The notes beneath the pieces were generated by a model. It was not told where the DNA came from and did not search any database. It saw only the letters and a list, made by a program, of their open reading frames with translations. A program made the translations under genes and the position numbers. A stretch of 64,000 nucleotides of DNA, taken from positions 3,253 to 67,252 of the forward strand of contig JAZQXT010000080.1 in assembly GCA_045633005.1 (NCBI GenBank), read 5' to 3'. Of the stretch, positions 61,094-64,000 are shown one piece after another. Numbering within the stretch: the stretch's first letter is position 1; every line of letters starts with the position of its first letter. The stretch is from Eubacteriales bacterium. GTDB taxonomy: Bacteria; Bacillota; Clostridia; Oscillospirales; CAG-272.

Positions 61094-61143
61094 TTCGCTT
61101 CAAGAACGGGAAGACTTATAAGTCTTCCCGTTCTCCCTTTATA

Positions 61144-63198
61144 TTATTCCTGAGATTTCTTGTAATTCTCTACGATCTTCTGCGCGATGTTCGAGGGAAC
61201 AACGGCGTAGTCGTTTACGCTGAACGCAAACGAGCCTCTGCCCTGCGACATAGCACGAAGAGCGATGGGATAGTCAACAAGCTCTGCCTTGGGGCAGGTT
61301 GCGTGAACGACGGTATAGCCCTTCTTTGCGGCGGGATCCATACCCATAATGCTTCCGCGGCGCTTGTTAAGGTCGCCCATAATATCACCAACAAGAGATT
61401 CGGGAACGGTAATGTCAAGGTCTCCAACGGGCTCGAGAAGCACGGGAGCCGCCTGTTCAAGACACTGCTTGTAAGCCATGATAGCGGCGGTCTTGAAGGA
61501 CATTTCATCCGAGTCAACGGGGTGATAAGAGCCGTCGTGAAGGTCAGCCGCAAGGTGAGTCATGGGGAAGCCTGCAATACCCTTGGTCATACCCTCAAGA
61601 ATACCCTTTTCAACTGCGGGGTTGAAGTTCTTGGGAACAACGCCGCCGACAACGGATACCGTGAAGGTAAGTCCGGGGTCTTCACCGGGGCCGAACTTGA
61701 TCCAAACGTCACCGAACTGACCCGAACCGCCGTTCTGCTTCTTATGTCTTGCGTGAATATCAACGGTCTTGGTGATCTTCTCGCGGTAAGCAAGGCGGGG
61801 AGTTTCAAGATTGATGGTAACACCGTAGCGAGCCTTGAGCTTTGCGCAAAGAACGGTAAGGTGCATATCGCCAATACCCGAAAGAACCATCTGCTTGGTC
61901 TCGGGATCGGTCTCGTACTTAATGGTAAGATCCTCCTCTGCCATACGAGCCATGCTCTGCGAGATCTTGCCCTCGTCCTTGGCGGTCGCGGGTATCATAG
62001 CCTGAGTCATATAGGGAGTGGGATAGGAGATCGTCGAGTAAGCGACGGAGCCGCTCTCGGCAAGGGTGTCGTTGGTGTTGGTATTGGAAAGCTTTGCGAT
62101 CATACCGATATCGCCACAGCAAAGCTCGTCGACCTCGGTCTGCGTTTTGCCCTTTACGGTGTAGATATGCGCCATCTTCTCGGACGTGCCGTTGGTAAGA
62201 TTCTTAAGCACCATATCGCGCTTTACCTTACCGTTCATAACCTTAAAGAAGGACATCTTTCCTACGAAGGGATCGGCAACGGTCTTGAATACGAAGACGG
62301 AAGCCGCGCCGCTTGCGTCGATGGCAACGTCATTGCCCTCGGTATCCTTCTCCACCTTCTTTGCGTGGGGATTGGGGAATGAGTCGGCAATAGCGTCAAG
62401 AATTGCTACAACGCCCCACATATTTACCGCAGAGCCGCAGTAAACGGGAGTGATTGTACCCTTGATGATACCGTGGTGCAGAGCAAGGGAAGCCTCCTCC
62501 TTGGTGATCTCCTCACCGTCGAAATACTTCATCATAAGCTCGTCGGACGTGCCCGCGATAGCCTCACTGAACGCTTCCTTGTAGTTTGCGGCAACAGCCT
62601 CAAGCTCTGCGGTCATAGCGGTTTCAGTTCTCTTACCCTTTGCATCGTAGACGAAAGCCTTCATCTCGACAAGGTCGATCATGGTAACGTTCTTGCCGTC
62701 CTTAATAGGAACGAAAACGGGGCATACGCTGGTACCGAAGGTATCGTGGAGCTGTTTGAAAACGGTATCGAAATGCGCATCGTTATCGTCGCACTTGTTT
62801 ATAAAGAACGCTTTGGGGACACCCATTGCGGTAGCGTGATCCCATGCAAGCTCGGTTCCTACCTCAACACCCGACTTTGCATCAACGCAGATAAGTGCGT
62901 TATCAGCAACGCGAAGGGACTGAAGAACCTCACCGACGAAATCAAGATAACCGGGGGTGTCTATGATATTTATCTTTTTTTCCTTCCAAGAAATAGGAGC
63001 CATTGATGCGGAGATGGAGAAGCCTCTCTTTATCTCCTCGGGATCGTAGTCACAAACGGTATTACCGTCAGCGGTCTTACCCATACGGTCGGTTCCGCCT
63101 GTGAGATAAAGCATAGCTTCAGCAAGGGAGGTCTTTCCACAGCCGCCGTGGCCGAGAAGGGCTATGTTACGAATGGATTTGCTATCGATAGTTGCCAT
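61144..63198 (-). CDS. Elongation factor G paralogue (EF-G2/FusA2-like)
   Basis: IRNIALLGHGGCGKTSL, DTPGYLDF, KKQNGGSGQFG, DGSYHPVDS, LLEP; lies outside an rpsL-rpsG-tuf context. Confidence 0.9.
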   Translation of the reverse strand: MATIDSKSIRNIALLGHGGCGKTSLAEAMLYLTGGTDRMGKTADGNTVCDYDPEEIKRGFSISASMAPISWKEKKINIIDTPGYLDFVGEVLQSLRVADNALICVDAKSGVEVGTELAWDHATAMGVPKAFFINKCDDNDAHFDTVFKQLHDTFGTSVCPVFVPIKDGKNVTMIDLVEMKAFVYDAKGKRTETAMTAELEAVAANYKEAFSEAIAGTSDELMMKYFDGEEITKEEASLALHHGIIKGTITPVYCGSAVNMWGVVAILDAIADSFPNPHAKKVEKDTEGNDVAIDASGAASVFVFKTVADPFVGKMSFFKVMNGKVKRDMVLKNLTNGTSEKMAHIYTVKGKTQTEVDELCCGDIGMIAKLSNTNTNDTLAESGSVAYSTISYPTPYMTQAMIPATAKDEGKISQSMARMAEEDLTIKYETDPETKQMVLSGIGDMHLTVLCAKLKARYGVTINLETPRLAYREKITKTVDIHARHKKQNGGSGQFGDVWIKFGPGEDPGLTFTVSVVGGVVPKNFNPAVEKGILEGMTKGIAGFPMTHLAADLHDGSYHPVDSDEMSFKTAAIMAYKQCLEQAAPVLLEPVGDLDITVPESLVGDIMGDLNKRRGSIMGMDPAAKKGYTVVHATCPKAELVDYPIALRAMSQGRGSFAFSVNDYAVVPSNIAQKIVENYKKSQE

Positions 63199-63343
63199 TG
63201 GTGTTCCTTTCCGACTCTGCAAGGAGCAGAGCTTTATATAATATTTTTATCAATTTGCAAATGTGTTTTACTACATTACAAGATTAATTATACAATATTA
63301 TTTTGAACATTGCAATAGTTTTTTGGGCATTTTCACCCTAAAT

Positions 63344-64000
63344 TTAATTATTTTTTTGATTTTTTTGTTGAATTTGGAATAATTTTAGAGCATTTTGGTA
63401 CGTTTGCTCCTGCATTTGAAGTGCAGTCATACCGTGAAGCCCTCCGAGAACCTCCGAGGTATATGCAATATAGTCGGAACGATTGAGCTTACCTCTGCAA
63501 GGAACGGGTGCGAGGTAGGGGCAATCGGTCTCAAGAAGCAATCTGTCTACGGGAACGGACTGTGCGACCGAGCGCACGCGCTCAGCGTTTTTGAAGGTTA
63601 TAACTCCCGAAAACGAGATATACCAGCCGCGGCGGACAAGCTCGCGTGCCATCTCTGCACTTCCCGAATAGCTGTGAAGGACGCCGCGCACGTTAGGATG
63701 CTTTAGTATCATCTCAAAAACGTCACCGTGCGCCTCCCTATCGTGTATAATAACGGGCAGATCGTATCGCTCGGCAAGCTCAAGCTGAGCTTCAAAAAAG
63801 GCGGCTTGCGCCGCCTTATCATACGGCTCCCAATAATAATCGAGCCCTATCTCGCCTATGGCGACTATCTTATTTTCAGCCCTGCGTTCAAGCATCGCCG
63901 AAAGCTTGGCAATAGCATCATCGAGCGACGTTTCCTTGTCGATATCGGACGGATGTATGCCGATTGCGGCATACATACCGTCGTAACGCGACGCTTGCTC
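63344..64000 (-). CDS. TatD-family hydrolase (5' end is outside the window)
   Basis: GIHP, AIGEIGLDY, IHDREAH, HSYSG, ETDCPYL; frame is open to 64000. Confidence 0.93.
   Translation of the reverse strand, partial: EQASRYDGMYAAIGIHPSDIDKETSLDDAIAKLSAMLERRAENKIVAIGEIGLDYYWEPYDKAAQAAFFEAQLELAERYDLPVIIHDREAHGDVFEMILKHPNVRGVLHSYSGSAEMARELVRRGWYISFSGVITFKNAERVRSVAQSVPVDRLLLETDCPYLAPVPCRGKLNRSDYIAYTSEVLGGLHGMTALQMQEQTYQNALKLFQIQQKNQKNN

Overview
Mostly core chromosome from a spore-forming, moderately GC-rich Clostridia-type Firmicute (spoIIAA-spoIIAB-sigF, spoVT, a GerA/SpoVAF-family gene, a SPOCS/LysM coat protein). Housekeeping content includes clpC, gdhA, a Re-citrate synthase/aconitase/isocitrate dehydrogenase operon, glmS, gap, proS, tsaE-tsaB-rpiB-ispD-ispF-rpe, ychF, trmB, truB, an EF-G paralogue and a partial TatD, plus one tRNA-Leu(CAA). 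Two small accessory patches lie at about 17.8-24.5 kb and 29.3-33.3 kb. I see no CRISPR array, prophage, integrase or transposase. The most unusual signal is non-coding: three 160-175 bp elements (24361-24534, 49668-49832, 60343-60500), each between convergent transcription units, use different repeat words but share one architecture. Each has an arm of short direct repeats separated by tiny hairpins, then a mirrored arm of the reverse-complement repeats, and a central segment complementary to a terminal hairpin. Other points of note: a ~220 bp MITE-like element with terminal inverted repeats, an Ile T-box leader on an XRE-cupin-acyl-CoA synthetase fusion, an in-frame TGA splitting a sensor kinase, and two promoters sharing an 11-bp-phased TGTAAC direct repeat. 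All product calls come from recognising motifs by eye, not from database searches.
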